A stretch of 64,000 bases of DNA, taken from an uncultured candidate division Zixibacteria bacterium (GTDB lineage: Bacteria; Zixibacteria; MSB-5A5; UBA10806; 4484-95). Of this stretch, positions 7,995 to 23,482 are shown piece after piece. Where the stretch lies: NCBI GenBank assembly GCA_963668625.2, contig CAXXKA010000006.1:320001-384000 (forward strand), read 5' to 3'. The notes under the pieces were generated by a model. That model saw only the letters and a list, made by a program, of their open reading frames with translations. It ran no database searches and was not told where the DNA came from. Made by a program: the position numbers and the translations under genes. How positions within the stretch are numbered: position 1 is the first letter of the stretch; each line of letters starts with the position of its first letter.

Positions 7995-9389
7995 TTAACT
8001 GAAATCCTTGCCTAATAGTATCACCGCTAAAATCACCGCTAATATCGCGATCGGGGCGGTAAATCTTATAAAGAATCTGAACATCTTATATACGAAAGTA
8101 GGATTTCCGTTTTTATCATACATTCCCAGTTCTTTCTCGACAATCTTTTTATCCAGTGTCCAGCCGACGAATATAGTAATTAATAATCCGCCCACCGGCA
8201 ACATCCAGTTGGCTGCGAGATGATCGAGGGTGCTTAATATACCCTCTTTGCCGGGGCCAAATATCGACCAGCTCGATAGAAAGCCAACCGCGCCAAGCGA
8301 TAACGCCGATAGTATAGAGACAAAATATGCCAGACCAGCGCCAATTAAAGTTGCCGTGTGGCGTTTTACGCCTAGCTTATCGATGAATAGTGATACTATC
8401 ACCTCCAGCAAAGAAATAGTGGAGGAGAGGGCGGCGAATGCCACCAGTATATAAAATATCGGGGCGATTATCGGTCCGAATGGAATGTGAGTGTAAAGCA
8501 AATCGGGAAGAGTGATAAACAGCATTCCAACGGTCGAACCGGATACGCTTTCAGCCACCTGTGGAACCGAGAATATGATCGTATACATGATTATACAGGC
8601 GCATATAGCGACGAAAGTATCCAGGAAAACCACCATAGTCGCGTTGCGTGCAATCGATTCTTTTTTGCTGATATATGAACCGTAGGTTATCATCACGCCC
8701 ATACCCAGCGATAGAGTAAAGAATGCATGACCAACTGCCTCAAGCACTCCCTCCCAGGGAAGCTGTCCGAAATTCGGCCTGAAAAGAAACTGGAAAGTTT
8801 GTTCGCGGCCGGGTAGAAACATGACCATAATTACCAGGTAAATAAGTATTAAAAACAAAATCGGCATCAGTATTCGTGTCGATTTTTCGATACCCTTGTT
8901 AATTCCGCGCCAGACAATGAATGCCGTGGCGGACAAGAACAGGAATGAGAGTAACAATTGAAGCCGGCCGTTGCCGATGAATTCACCGAAAGCGGTATCC
9001 GGCGGTTTGACATATCCGGAGATACTCCATCTGATGCAATCTATGAATGAGGTTATTGTCCAACCGGCTATAACCGAGTAATATCCGAGGATGACGAAAC
9101 CGGTGAGCACTCCCAGCCAGCCGACCAGGCTCCAACCTTTGGTGCTGATTTTCTCGAATGCCGGCACAGGGCTTTCCTGTGTTTTGCGGCCGATCAGTAT
9201 TTCGGCCATCATGATAGGCCAACCGATAAGCACCACGCTTATCAGGTAGACTATAACGAATGCGCCGCCATTGTTATGCCAGGTGATATAAGGGAATTTC
9301 CACAGATTGCCAAGGCCAACCGCACTGCCCGTGGCTGCCAGTATGAATCCGATTTTACTGCGCCAATGATCTCGCTCTGTTTGTTGCAT
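7995..9389 (-). CDS. Sodium-dependent transporter (NSS/SNF family)
   Basis: W.SKIGFILAATGSAVGLGNLWKFPY...GGAF; AFFTLSLGMGVMITYGSY. Confidence 0.93.
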   Translation of the reverse strand: MQQTERDHWRSKIGFILAATGSAVGLGNLWKFPYITWHNNGGAFVIVYLISVVLIGWPIMMAEILIGRKTQESPVPAFEKISTKGWSLVGWLGVLTGFVILGYYSVIAGWTITSFIDCIRWSISGYVKPPDTAFGEFIGNGRLQLLLSFLFLSATAFIVWRGINKGIEKSTRILMPILFLILIYLVIMVMFLPGREQTFQFLFRPNFGQLPWEGVLEAVGHAFFTLSLGMGVMITYGSYISKKESIARNATMVVFLDTFVAICACIIMYTIIFSVPQVAESVSGSTVGMLFITLPDLLYTHIPFGPIIAPIFYILVAFAALSSTISLLEVIVSLFIDKLGVKRHTATLIGAGLAYFVSILSALSLGAVGFLSSWSIFGPGKEGILSTLDHLAANWMLPVGGLLITIFVGWTLDKKIVEKELGMYDKNGNPTFVYKMFRFFIRFTAPIAILAVILAVILLGKDFS

Positions 9390-9780
9390 CCTCACTCCTC
9401 ATCGTACGAATACTGTATTTCTCAAAATTCGATTTAAAGGCAATAAACCGGCTAAGAAAGAGCTTATTTCAAAATTATTTAGCTGGAATATGATTAAATA
9501 ATTAATTGCATTTTTTGTCAAGACATTTCCCGAGACTGGCTGACATGAAGCATTTGCGAGGGAAACTGATAGCTTTTTGTAATTATTTATCTCATTTTGG
9601 AACAATCATTCAGGGGGAAGTGTTAATAATAGCGTTTAGTATACTATTATAGACCGCTGGAGTGATTATTGGTGGCCGGGGGTAGTTGCATATAAGTCGT
9701 TGTATTAATTGTCAGTTATGCCGGTTAAGCAATTGACTTGCCAACCGATAAAAATATTTATTGATAGGGTGAAAAAGTCC

Positions 9781-9808
9781 TTGACAGACTTTTGCTTATT
9801 TCTATATT
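9781..9808 (+). promoter_or_regulatory. Sigma70 promoter for tRNA-Thr/tuf
   Basis: TTGACA-16 bp-TATATT. Confidence 0.6.
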
Positions 9809-9856
9809 GCAGGTCTGTCTATTAGAGGGGTTTTACTCCTCTGAATGGATCAGTAC

Positions 9857-9929
9857 GCCCATGTAGCTCAGTAGGTAGAGCACATCCTTGGTAAGGATGA
9901 GGTCACCAGTTCAATCCTGGTCATGGGCT
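9857..9929 (+). tRNA. tRNA-Thr(GGT)
   Basis: GCCCATG/CATGGGC acceptor, CATCC-TTGGTAA-GGATG arm; precedes tuf. Confidence 0.95.
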
Positions 9930-10018
9930 TTTTAGAGTTTTAAAGTGTTAATCAAACCGCAAGGGACTATGGCCGAGGCGGTTAAGGCTTTGGATAAACA
10001 GGCAGGAGAAAAGTACGG

Positions 10019-11227
10019 ATGGCGAAGGAGAAATTTGAGCGTACGAAGCCGCATGTTAATGTAGGCACGATAGGTCACGTGGATCATGGCAAGACCACTT
10101 TGACGGCGGCGATCACGATGGTTTTGGCTCGCAAGGGTGGAGCCAAGGTAAGGGACTTTGATTCGATTGATAACGCTCCTGAAGAGAAAGAGCGTGGCAT
10201 AACGATTGCGACTGCTCACGTGGAGTACGAGACGGATAATCGTCACTATGCTCACGTCGACTGTCCTGGTCACGCCGATTATGTAAAGAACATGATAACC
10301 GGCGCCGCCCAGATGGACGGTTCGGTACTCGTTGTCAGCGCAGCTGATGGTCCGATGCCTCAGACTCGGGAGCACATCTTGTTGGCTCGTCAGGTTGGCG
10401 TACCTTACATCATCGTTTACATGAATAAGGTAGATCAGGTTGACGACCCTGAGCTTCTGGATTTGGTAGAGTTAGAGGTACGAGATCTTTTGAGCCAGTA
10501 CCAGTTTCCCGGCGATGACATTCCGATCATTCGTGGTTCGGCCCTTGAGGCGATGACCAAAGGTTCGGATCCTAACACCGCTCTTGATGATCCTGCTTTC
10601 CAGAGCATTTACGAGCTTATGGAGGCTGTTGACACTTATATTCCCGAGCCGAAGCGTGACACGGACAAGCCTTTCTTGATGCCTGTAGAGGATGTTTTCT
10701 CTATCACTGGTCGGGGTACAGTTGGAACCGGTCGTATCGAGCGTGGCATAGTCAAGGTTGGTGATCCTGTTGAGCGTATCGGAATCCGCGAGACCAAGAA
10801 GACGGTTTGCACTGGTGTCGAGATGTTTCGGAAGATGCTCGATTCGGGTCAGGCCGGCGATAACGTAGGTTTGCTTCTTCGCGGTATAGACAAGACCGAT
10901 CTTGAGCGTGGTATGGTAATCGCGGCTCCCGGCAGCGTAACTCCTCACACGAAATTCAAAGGCGAGGTTTACGTTCTTACGAAAGAAGAGGGAGGCCGTC
11001 ACACTCCGTTTTTCAATGGCTACCGTCCGCAGTTTTATTTCCGTACGACTGATGTAACGGGTACGGTACAGTTGCCAGAAGGCGTAGAGATGGTCATGCC
11101 CGGTGATAACGTGACCGTGGTAGGAGAGCTCATTACCCCGATCGCCATGGAAGATGGTTTACGTTTCGCGATACGTGAAGGCGGACGTACCGTAGGAGCC
11201 GGCGTTGTCGGTGAAATTATAGAGTAA
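10019..11227 (+). CDS. tuf: Elongation factor Tu (copy 1)
   Basis: [28 protein letters not shown]. Confidence 0.99.
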   Translation: MAKEKFERTKPHVNVGTIGHVDHGKTTLTAAITMVLARKGGAKVRDFDSIDNAPEEKERGITIATAHVEYETDNRHYAHVDCPGHADYVKNMITGAAQMDGSVLVVSAADGPMPQTREHILLARQVGVPYIIVYMNKVDQVDDPELLDLVELEVRDLLSQYQFPGDDIPIIRGSALEAMTKGSDPNTALDDPAFQSIYELMEAVDTYIPEPKRDTDKPFLMPVEDVFSITGRGTVGTGRIERGIVKVGDPVERIGIRETKKTVCTGVEMFRKMLDSGQAGDNVGLLLRGIDKTDLERGMVIAAPGSVTPHTKFKGEVYVLTKEEGGRHTPFFNGYRPQFYFRTTDVTGTVQLPEGVEMVMPGDNVTVVGELITPIAMEDGLRFAIREGGRTVGAGVVGEIIE

Positions 11228-11237
11228 GAGGTTTACA

Positions 11238-11402
11238 GTGGCTAAAGATAGACGACGCCCGACGGTAATTCTTTCTTGCAATACCTGTAAAGAAAGAAAT
11301 TACACGACGACGAAGAATAAAAGAAAGCATCCGGAACGTGTAGAGTACAAAAAATACTGTCCTAGATGCGATAAGCATACAATGCACAAGGAATCAAGAT
11401 AA
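11238..11402 (+). CDS. rpmG: 50S ribosomal protein L33 (zinc type; not in ORF track)
   Basis: GTG start; [54 protein letters not shown]. Confidence 0.95.
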   Translation: MAKDRRRPTVILSCNTCKERNYTTTKNKRKHPERVEYKKYCPRCDKHTMHKESR

Positions 11403-11412
11403 AAAATTAAAC

Positions 11413-11486
11413 AGGACAGTAGCTCTAATTGGTAGAGCGCCGGTCTCCAAAACCGGATGCTGGGGGTTCGAGTCCCTCCTGTCCTG
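11413..11486 (+). tRNA. tRNA-Trp(CCA)
   Basis: AGGACAG/CTGTCCT acceptor, CCGGT-CTCCAAA-ACCGG arm; lies between rpmG and secE. Confidence 0.95.
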
Positions 11487-11498
11487 CTTGGAGCTTTT

Positions 11499-11684
11499 AT
11501 GATTAAAAAGATAACGAAATACTTTAAAGAGACCAAAATCGAACTGGCAAAAGTAGCTTGGCCGACAAAACTTGAACTTCGTGATTCAACGGTAGTGGTG
11601 GTTGTCCTGACTATTCTTATGTCCGTCTTTATTGGCGTAATTGATTACGCGCTCTCGCGTGCATCAACAATAATTTTTAGGTAA
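11499..11684 (+). CDS. secE: Preprotein translocase SecE
   Basis: ELAKVAWPTK motif plus one TM; synteny. Confidence 0.93.
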   Translation: MIKKITKYFKETKIELAKVAWPTKLELRDSTVVVVVLTILMSVFIGVIDYALSRASTIIFR

Positions 11685-11690
11685 GTGATT

Positions 11691-12221
11691 ATGGCAATGC
11701 GTTGGTACGTGGCTCATACTTACTCCGGGCATGAGTACAAAGCTAAGAAGTATCTTGAGAGCGCCATCGAGTCCACCGATTTTCAGGACTTGTTCGGCCA
11801 GATCCTGGTTCCGACTGAAGAGATAGTCGAAATGAAGCAGGGGAAAAGGTCTACCTCGGTAAAGAAATTCCTTCCCAGTTATATACTGGTTGAAATGGAG
11901 TTAAGCAAGGAGACCCAGAATTTGGTGACCTCCACGCCGGGTATTACTAATTTCGTTGGAGCTTCTGGTAAGCCGGTACCTCTTCGTCAGGCCGAGGTTA
12001 ACAGAATCCTTCAGCAGGTAGACCGCTCCAAAAACAGGGATGTGTTGGATATTCCCTACAAAATCGGAGAGGCGGTTAAGGTTGTTGATGGTCCGTTCGC
12101 GGATTTCTCCGGTACCGTAAGCGAGATAAATCCCGAACGAAGGAAATTAAAAGTTATGGTCTCGATTTTCGGCCGTCCAACGCCGGTCGAGTTAGATTAT
12201 CTTCAGGTAAAAGCACTTTAA
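11691..12221 (+). CDS. nusG: Transcription factor NusG
   Basis: WYVAHTYSGHE, KOW domain GPFADFSG, SIFGRPTPVEL. Confidence 0.97.
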   Translation: MAMRWYVAHTYSGHEYKAKKYLESAIESTDFQDLFGQILVPTEEIVEMKQGKRSTSVKKFLPSYILVEMELSKETQNLVTSTPGITNFVGASGKPVPLRQAEVNRILQQVDRSKNRDVLDIPYKIGEAVKVVDGPFADFSGTVSEINPERRKLKVMVSIFGRPTPVELDYLQVKAL

Positions 12222-12243
12222 TAATAAGGTTTAAGGAGCTATC

Positions 12244-12666
12244 GTGGCTAAAAAAGTAGTTGGTATGGTAAAACTCCAGATTCCTGCTGGAAACGCCACA
12301 CCTGCGCCGCCAGTCGGACCGGCTCTCGGTCAGGCGGGCGTAAACATCATGGAATTTTGTAAAGCCTTCAACGCTCGAACCCAATCGCAGAGCGGGATGA
12401 TAATTCCGGTTGTCATCACTGTCTACGCTGATAAATCTTTCACGTTTATCACCAAGACGCCGCCGGCCGCCGTTTTATTGAAAAAGGCCGCCAAGCTGCC
12501 GAAAGGATCGGGCGAACCGAACAAAATCAAGGTGGGCAGGGTGACCAAAAAGCAGGTCGCGGAGATTGCCGAGCTTAAGATGGAAGATCTCAATGCCAAC
12601 GATATCGAGATGGCCTCAAGAATGATTGAGGGCACTGCTCGTAGCATGGGTATCGAGATTAAGTAA
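12244..12666 (+). CDS. rplK: 50S ribosomal protein L11
   Basis: [13 protein letters not shown]. Confidence 0.98.
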   Translation: MAKKVVGMVKLQIPAGNATPAPPVGPALGQAGVNIMEFCKAFNARTQSQSGMIIPVVITVYADKSFTFITKTPPAAVLLKKAAKLPKGSGEPNKIKVGRVTKKQVAEIAELKMEDLNANDIEMASRMIEGTARSMGIEIK

Positions 12667-12736
12667 AGCAAACCATCAAGAAAAAATTTCACTCTAATTT
12701 AAAAATGGTCGTTATGGGGAGACCAGGGAGTAAGGT

Positions 12737-13438
12737 TTGAAACGAGGAAAACGCTACGAAGAGGCAGCCGCGAAAGTTAACAGGCAGGAAGTCTATACCC
12801 TTGATAATGCCTTGAAACTTGTTCGCGATGCAGCCAATGCAAAATTCGATGAGACAATAGAGGTCTCATGCCGCCTGGGAGTCGATCCCAGAAAGGCGGA
12901 TCAGATGGTACGCGGCACTGTTGTGCTGCCGCATGGTACCGGTAAGTCGGTAAGGGTTCTGGTACTAACGAAGGGTGAGAAGGCCTCCGAGGCCACCGAG
13001 GCCGGCGCCGATATGGTCGGCTCCGATGAGTATATCGAGAAAATACAGGGCGGCTGGGCCGAGGTTGACGCTATCGTGGCGACCCCGGACATGATGAGCA
13101 GTATCGGCCGTCTGGGTAAAATTCTCGGTCCGCGTGGTTTGATGCCGAATCCAAAAGCCGGTACGGTGACACAGGATGTTGCCAAAGCGGTGAAAGAATT
13201 GAAAGCTGGTAAAATCGAATACCGTGTTGACAAGACCGGTAATGTTCACTGTGGCGTAGGTAAAATGTCGTTCAGTGACGATCAGCTTACGGAAAACGTA
13301 AAATCGTTTTTAGGCGCCATTGTCCGGGCCAAGCCGGTCGCGGCCAAAGGTACATATATGAAAAACGCCTCTATCTGTTCGACGATGGGGCCTGGAGTTA
13401 AACTTGACACCGCTGAAGCTATTTCATTTGGCAGGTAG
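12737..13438 (+). CDS. rplA: 50S ribosomal protein L1
   Basis: [16 protein letters not shown]; TTG start. Confidence 0.98.
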   Translation: MKRGKRYEEAAAKVNRQEVYTLDNALKLVRDAANAKFDETIEVSCRLGVDPRKADQMVRGTVVLPHGTGKSVRVLVLTKGEKASEATEAGADMVGSDEYIEKIQGGWAEVDAIVATPDMMSSIGRLGKILGPRGLMPNPKAGTVTQDVAKAVKELKAGKIEYRVDKTGNVHCGVGKMSFSDDQLTENVKSFLGAIVRAKPVAAKGTYMKNASICSTMGPGVKLDTAEAISFGR

Positions 13439-13445
13439 GTGAGTA

Positions 13446-13967
13446 ATGCCGACACAAGAAAAAGTAAACACAATAGATGTTTTAAAAGATAGATTTGAGA
13501 AATCAAATAGCTACATCATTGCCGATCATACCGGCATTAACGTGGCCGATTTAACGGTACTGCGCCGTGATCTCAAGAAGGCCGACGCTGAATTCAGAAT
13601 CGCCAAGAACACCTTGCTCAAAATAGCGGCCAAAGAAACAGGTCATGATCAGATTAACGAGTATTTCGTTGGCCCGACCTCGATGGTGTTTGGTTTCGGT
13701 GATGCTTCGGTTCCGGCTAAAATCCTTTATGAATTCGCGAAAAAAACTGATATTCCTAAAGTAAAAGCCTACGTTCTCGAAAATCAACTATATACAATTG
13801 AAGAGTTTAAGAGAATTGCCCAGTTACCCGGCCGTGAGCAGGTACTGGCTACTCTGTTGGGCGCCGTAGAGGGCCCGATTGTTAAATTTATTAACATGCT
13901 TGAAGGAACCACCCGTGAGTTTATCGGGTTGGTTGACGCGTTAGCTGAAAAGAAAGAAAACGAATAG
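13446..13967 (+). CDS. rplJ: 50S ribosomal protein L10
   Basis: AKNTLLKIA, GPT; synteny. Confidence 0.95.
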   Translation: MPTQEKVNTIDVLKDRFEKSNSYIIADHTGINVADLTVLRRDLKKADAEFRIAKNTLLKIAAKETGHDQINEYFVGPTSMVFGFGDASVPAKILYEFAKKTDIPKVKAYVLENQLYTIEEFKRIAQLPGREQVLATLLGAVEGPIVKFINMLEGTTREFIGLVDALAEKKENE

Positions 13968-14109
13968 CGGTTTGCAGAGAAACGGCGAAGCTTCTGGCTG
14001 AAGGGCAAATGCCACCGCCCAACGGTCCGTCCGAGTATCTGTAGGCTTTAGATTATGGTGGCTTCGGTTAAATAGTAAAAGTAGAACTTAAGTAATAGTC
14101 GAGGTTAAG

Positions 14110-14481
14110 ATGTCTGGTAAAGTAGAAGAAGCATTTGAGATCATCAAGGGAATGACTGTATTGGAACTTTCCGATCTCTCAACGAAAATGCAAGATGAAT
14201 TCGGTATTACCGCTGCTGTCGCGGCCGCTCCCGTAGCTGCTGCCGGCGCCGCCGCCGTTGAGGAAGAACAGACAGAGTTTGATGTTGTTCTCGAAGCTGT
14301 TGGCGATAAGAAGATTCAGGTTATCAAAGCCGTACGTGAGCTCACCAGCCTGGGCCTGAAAGAGGCGAAAGAGGTTGTTGACAGCGCTCCGAAAGCGGTT
14401 AAAGAAGGTGTTTCCAAGGAGGACGCAGAGGCTGCTAAGACCAAATTAGAGGAAGCCGGCGCTTCTGTTCAAATAAAGTAA
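14110..14481 (+). CDS. rplL: 50S ribosomal protein L7/L12
   Basis: [18 protein letters not shown]. Confidence 0.98.
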   Translation: MSGKVEEAFEIIKGMTVLELSDLSTKMQDEFGITAAVAAAPVAAAGAAAVEEEQTEFDVVLEAVGDKKIQVIKAVRELTSLGLKEAKEVVDSAPKAVKEGVSKEDAEAAKTKLEEAGASVQIK

Positions 14482-14508
14482 TATAAAGAGCATTCCGGGA
14501 GGAACTTA

Positions 14509-17500
14509 GTGAGTTCTAATAACGGAAACGGACGTGTCTTTTTCTCAAAATTGGACAACGTCCTGGAACTTCCGCATTTGCTGGAGGTTCAAACGCAATC
14601 ATTCGAGGACTTCCTGCAATCCAAAGTCGATCCGGCCAAACGTCTGGATCAGGGACTGCAGTTAGTCTTTACGTCTATTTTCCCAATTACCGATGTCCAC
14701 GAGACTCGGTCTTTGGAATTCGTGCGCTATAATTTTGACGAGCCCAGGTACACGATCGTCGAGTGCCAGGAGCGTAATATGACTTATGGCGCGCCTTTGA
14801 GGGCGACTCTACGACTGATTTCACGCGAGCCCGAGGAGGATGGCGACCCGCAAAACGCCAAGGTGAAAGATATTATCGAGCAGGATGTTTTCCTTGGGGA
14901 ATTGCCGATAATGACCGAGCGGGGAACCTTCATTATTAACGGCGCCGAACGTGTTATTGTCAGTCAGCTTCACAGGTCGCCGGGTGTGTTTTTCGATGAG
15001 AGTATTCACCCTAACGGCAAAAAGCTGTTCTCCGCAAGGATTATCCCTTATCGCGGTTCATGGGTCGAATTCACTCTCGATGTCAACGACATCATGTACG
15101 TTCATATCGATTCCCGTCGAAAATTGACCGCTACCACGTTACTCAGGGCCATCGGCTTATCCACGGATGAGGAACTGATCGCTGAGTTCATGAGGGTGGT
15201 CGATGAGCCTTTCACGGCCAAGAAAGCTCCCAAGCATATCGACCGTTATACCGCCGCTCCTATCATCGATCCGGAAACCGGTGAGGTGATTATCGAGGCC
15301 GGCGAGAAACTGTCGGAGGCCGATGTCACCAAGATGATTGACATGGATATCGACAGCTTAAAGCTTATCGAGATCGACATTTCGAAAGAATCACCGATCA
15401 TCGCTAACACCATCACCAAGGATAAGAAGGATAAAATCCGAAGTAACGAGGACGCCTTACACAGGCTTTATTCGTTAATCCGTCCCGGTGATGCTCCTAC
15501 TACCGATCTGGCCAAGGGCTTGCTCGAGAAGATGTTCTTCAACCCCAAACGTTACGATTTGGGCGATGTCGGACGCTACATGATCAACCACAGGCTACAG
15601 CTGGATATTCCTATCGAACAAACAGTTTTAGATAAAGCTGATTTTATCACGATAGTCAGATACCTTATCGACCTGCGTAACGGTCTGGGTGATGTCGATG
15701 ACATCGATCATCTGGGCAACAGGCGCGCCCGTTCGGTCGGCGAATTGCTGGGCAACCAGTTCTCCGTCGGTCTGTCGCGTATGGCGCGTACTATTAAAGA
15801 GCGTATGAGCCTTCGCGGCGATGAGACGCCGACACCGCACGAACTGGTTAATGCCAGAACGGTGTCATCGGTGATCGATACGTTCTTCGGCTCGTCCCAG
15901 CTTTCGCAGTTCATGGACCAGACGAATCCTCTGGCAGAGTTGACGCACAAACGCCGTCTCTCCGCGCTTGGCCCCGGTGGTTTAACGAGGGAAAGAGCAG
16001 GCTTTAAGGTTCGTGACGTACATCACACGCATTACGGACGTATGTGCCCGATCGAGACTCCTGAGGGTCCGAATATCGGTCTGATAACCTCGCTGGCTTC
16101 TTACGCGAGAATCAACAAATTCGGCTTCCTGGAAACTCCGTATCGTAAGGTCATCAAGGGTAAAGCTACGAAAGAGATCGCCTATTTGACCGCCGATGTC
16201 GAGGACAGGTTCTTTATCGCCCAGGCGAACGAACCTCTCGAAGAAGACGGCAAATTCACTAACGAGATAATCAATGCTCGTAACAAAGGCGATATTATTC
16301 CGATTGACCCGGCTGAGATAGCGTATATGGACGTTGCCCCGGTACAGCTCGTATCCGTGGCCGCTTCGCTTATTCCGTTCCTGGAGCATGACGATGCTAA
16401 CCGTGCCTTGATGGGCTCGAACATGCAACGTCAGGCGGTTCCGCTTCTGATTACCGACTCGCCTGTGGTGGGCACGGGTGTTGAAGGCAAAGCCGCTATC
16501 GACTCCTACGCCGTTACGACGGCAAGGCGTGCCGGTGAGGTCGAGTATGTTGATGCCGAGCGCGTTATTATCAGGCCGATTAAAAAAGGCGTTACCAAAG
16601 AATTCGAAATCGTCGATGTTGACGAATACAGGATGATTAAATACGCCCGTTCCAACCAGGACACTTGTATAGATTACAAGCCAATGGTCAAGCCCGGCCA
16701 AAAAGTGGAGGTCGGACAGCCTATCGCCGACGGCCCCGCTACCGATAAAGGTGAGTTGGCTCTGGGTAAGAACGTGTTGGTTGGTTTCATGCCCTGGCGT
16801 GGATATAACTTCGAGGACGCTATCATTTGCTCCGAGCGGATGATTACCGATGATATCTTTACCTCGCTGCATATCGAGGAGTTCGAGATACAGGTACGCG
16901 ATACCAAGCGTGGAGCGGAAGAAATTACCCGAGAGATTCCCAATGTCTCCGAGGAGGCGCTGGTCAATCTGGATGAGACCGGTATTATCCGCCTTGGCGC
17001 GGAGGTAGAAGCCGGCGATATCCTGGTGGGTAAGGTAACCCCGAAAGGTGAAACCGAGCTTTCGCCGGAGGAACGCTTGCTTAGAGCGATATTCGGCGAG
17101 AAAGCCGGAGATGTTCGTGACGCCTCGCTGAAAGCTCCCCCGGGTATGAGAGGTATCGTTATCGACACCAAGCTTTTCTCCAGGAAGAAACGCTCCGAGG
17201 AGGCAAAAAAGCAGGAACGTAACGAAATCTCCAGGATTAAAAAAGAATTCGGTAAACAGATAGATTACATAATCGATCTGAGAAATGCTAAATTAAGTGA
17301 GTTATTGGTCGAACAAACCGCTCGCTCCATCAGGAGTGACAACGGCGAGATTATCGTTAAACCCGGTACTAAAATCAAGGATGATACTTTCACTAATATC
17401 AAAAGCCGTGACCTGATTACGGATAATGGTTTCTGTGCCGACGACCAATTAAATGATAACGCCTCACAGATTTGCTATAAAGCCAAAGAGCTGATCCTGA

Positions 17501-18300
17501 AGAAAGATCATCAGCAAGAGATAGAGATTGAAAAAGCGGTCAGAGGCACGGAATTGCCTCCGGGCGTCGTGCAACTGGTGAAAGTAAAGATTGCCACCAA
17601 ACGTCATCTCTCTGTTGGTGATAAAATGGCGGGTCGTCACGGCAACAAAGGTGTCGTGTCGAGGATTGTCCCGATAGAGGATATGCCGTATCTGCCGGAT
17701 GGTCGTCCGCTGGATATCATTTTGAATCCTCTGGGCGTTCCGTCTCGTATGAATGTCGGTCAGCTACTTGAGATCCACCTTGGTTGGGCGGCCTCGGAGG
17801 CAGGCATTAAGGTTGCCACTCCCGTATTCGACGGCGCCAGCGAGGAAGAGATAAAAGAGCTTCTGATGAGTACCGGTTTACCGTCGACCGGCAAAAGTGT
17901 CGTTTATAACGGCCTGACCGGTAAAGCTTTCGAGAAGGAAATTACTGTCGGCGCGATGTATATCATGAAATTATCTCACCTCGTTGATGATAAAATTCAT
18001 GCACGTTCGATTGGCCCGTACTCGCTCGTTACTCAGCAGCCTCTGGGCGGTAAAGCTCAGTTCGGTGGTCAGAGATTCGGTGAGATGGAAGTCTGGGCGC
18101 TCGAGGCGTACGGAGCCTCACATATCCTTCAGGAGATGCTGACAGTCAAGTCCGATGATGTAACCGGTAGGTCACGGATTTACGAGGCTATAGTCAAGGG
18201 CGAAAATCCGCCCGAGCCCGGTGTTCCGGAATCGTTCAACGTATTGGTTAAAGAGCTTCAGTCTCTGGGCCTGGATGTTGAACTCGTTGAGAAAGAATAA
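14509..18300 (+). CDS. rpoB: RNA polymerase beta subunit
   Basis: [42 protein letters not shown]. Confidence 0.99.
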   Translation: MSSNNGNGRVFFSKLDNVLELPHLLEVQTQSFEDFLQSKVDPAKRLDQGLQLVFTSIFPITDVHETRSLEFVRYNFDEPRYTIVECQERNMTYGAPLRATLRLISREPEEDGDPQNAKVKDIIEQDVFLGELPIMTERGTFIINGAERVIVSQLHRSPGVFFDESIHPNGKKLFSARIIPYRGSWVEFTLDVNDIMYVHIDSRRKLTATTLLRAIGLSTDEELIAEFMRVVDEPFTAKKAPKHIDRYTAAPIIDPETGEVIIEAGEKLSEADVTKMIDMDIDSLKLIEIDISKESPIIANTITKDKKDKIRSNEDALHRLYSLIRPGDAPTTDLAKGLLEKMFFNPKRYDLGDVGRYMINHRLQLDIPIEQTVLDKADFITIVRYLIDLRNGLGDVDDIDHLGNRRARSVGELLGNQFSVGLSRMARTIKERMSLRGDETPTPHELVNARTVSSVIDTFFGSSQLSQFMDQTNPLAELTHKRRLSALGPGGLTRERAGFKVRDVHHTHYGRMCPIETPEGPNIGLITSLASYARINKFGFLETPYRKVIKGKATKEIAYLTADVEDRFFIAQANEPLEEDGKFTNEIINARNKGDIIPIDPAEIAYMDVAPVQLVSVAASLIPFLEHDDANRALMGSNMQRQAVPLLITDSPVVGTGVEGKAAIDSYAVTTARRAGEVEYVDAERVIIRPIKKGVTKEFEIVDVDEYRMIKYARSNQDTCIDYKPMVKPGQKVEVGQPIADGPATDKGELALGKNVLVGFMPWRGYNFEDAIICSERMITDDIFTSLHIEEFEIQVRDTKRGAEEITREIPNVSEEALVNLDETGIIRLGAEVEAGDILVGKVTPKGETELSPEERLLRAIFGEKAGDVRDASLKAPPGMRGIVIDTKLFSRKKRSEEAKKQERNEISRIKKEFGKQIDYIIDLRNAKLSELLVEQTARSIRSDNGEIIVKPGTKIKDDTFTNIKSRDLITDNGFCADDQLNDNASQICYKAKELILKKDHQQEIEIEKAVRGTELPPGVVQLVKVKIATKRHLSVGDKMAGRHGNKGVVSRIVPIEDMPYLPDGRPLDIILNPLGVPSRMNVGQLLEIHLGWAASEAGIKVATPVFDGASEEEIKELLMSTGLPSTGKSVVYNGLTGKAFEKEITVGAMYIMKLSHLVDDKIHARSIGPYSLVTQQPLGGKAQFGGQRFGEMEVWALEAYGASHILQEMLTVKSDDVTGRSRIYEAIVKGENPPEPGVPESFNVLVKELQSLGLDVELVEKE

Positions 18301-18339
18301 ATTCGAGGGGATATTAATACCTAAGCAAAGGAGCCTTCA

Positions 18340-22413
<4,074 letters not shown>

Positions 22414-22420
22414 AAAGTGC

Positions 22421-22448
22421 TTGACTTGCAAGCCAGCAAGTTTATATT
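22421..22448 (+). promoter_or_regulatory. str operon promoter
   Basis: TTGACT-16 bp-TATATT upstream of rpsL. Confidence 0.55.
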
Positions 22449-22493
22449 GAGAATCTATTTTTAATTGGTGGCTTTGGAATGATGGAGGATTAG

Positions 22494-22868
22494 TTGCCGA
22501 CAATTTGCCAGTTAATAAGAAAACCGAGAAAACGAATTCTGGAAAAGCCGAAAACCCCGGCCCTCAAAGCCTGTCCTCAGAGACGCGGCGTGTGTACGAG
22601 AGTGTATACATCCACACCAAAGAAGCCGAATTCGGCTTTGCGCAAAGTGGCGCGTGTCAGGTTGACAAACGGTATTGAGGTAACAGCCTATATACCGGGT
22701 GAAGGTCACAACCTCCAGGAGCACTCAATCGTACTGATTAGAGGTGGCCGTGTAAAAGATCTACCCGGCGTTCGTTATCACATTATCCGTGGTTCGCTCG
22801 ATACAGCCGGCGTTGCCGATCGTACTCAGAGCCGCTCCAAGTACGGAGTGAAAAGGCCTAAAAAGTAA
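22494..22868 (+). CDS. rpsL: 30S ribosomal protein S12
   Basis: [21 protein letters not shown]. Confidence 0.99.
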   Translation: MPTICQLIRKPRKRILEKPKTPALKACPQRRGVCTRVYTSTPKKPNSALRKVARVRLTNGIEVTAYIPGEGHNLQEHSIVLIRGGRVKDLPGVRYHIIRGSLDTAGVADRTQSRSKYGVKRPKK

Positions 22869-22883
22869 TTTGTTGAGGTTCTA

Positions 22884-23354
22884 GTGCCAAGAAGAAATGC
22901 ACCGCAAAAACGGGAGAAAATGCCCGATCCCCGCTACAATTTGACTCTGGTAGCCCAGTTTGTCAATAATCTGATGGAACGGGGTAAAAAACAGGTTGCC
23001 GAAAGAATCTTCTATGATGCTATGGATATCATTGAGAAGAAGAGCAATCAGCAGCCTATTGATGTTTTTAACAAAGCTTTGAACAATGTAAAACCCTTAT
23101 TGGAGGTCAAGTCCCGCCGTGTAGGTGGCGCTAACTATCAAGTGCCGGTTGAAGTCAGACCCGATCGCCGTACCGCTTTAGCTATCAGATGGTTGATAAG
23201 CTATTCGGTTTCAAGATCGGAAAAGACCATGGCCGACAAGCTAGCCAGCGAAATCCTTGCCGCAGCCAAGAACGAAGGCGCGGCCATCAAGAAAAAAGAG
23301 GATACGCATAAAATGGCTGAAGCTAATAAAGCGTTTGCGCACTTCCGTTGGTAG
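22884..23354 (+). CDS. rpsG: 30S ribosomal protein S7
   Basis: [22 protein letters not shown]. Confidence 0.99.
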   Translation: MPRRNAPQKREKMPDPRYNLTLVAQFVNNLMERGKKQVAERIFYDAMDIIEKKSNQQPIDVFNKALNNVKPLLEVKSRRVGGANYQVPVEVRPDRRTALAIRWLISYSVSRSEKTMADKLASEILAAAKNEGAAIKKKEDTHKMAEANKAFAHFRW

Positions 23355-23364
23355 GTGGGAACTA

Positions 23365-23478
23365 GCTTGTATTTAGACGATTCTTTTTACATATTTGGAA
23401 ACTAAATAACCGGATGCGATCCACTGCATTGTTGACCGGAATTTAGTTTCCACGAATGGTCTAAGCAAGCAGTGGATT
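23365..23478 (+). promoter_or_regulatory. Candidate structured cis-regulatory RNA (hairpin + pseudoknot) before fusA
   Basis: 12-bp stem 23396-23407/23441-23452; loop ATCCACTGC complementary to GCAGTGGAT at the fusA RBS. Confidence 0.5.
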
Positions 23479-23482
23479 TTTT

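Noticed and set aside
9399-9605. 68-aa minus-strand ORF
   Set aside because: AT-rich divergent promoter region with no coding signature.
12705-12727. Hairpin before rplA as an L1 operator
   Set aside because: Short TGGTC/GACCA stem; the L1-binding internal loop cannot be confirmed by eye.
15982-16872. Long antisense ORFs inside rpoB, and similarly in tuf, rpoC, deoB, secY and hrcA
   Set aside because: Shadow frames of well-identified genes, with no motifs or RBS.
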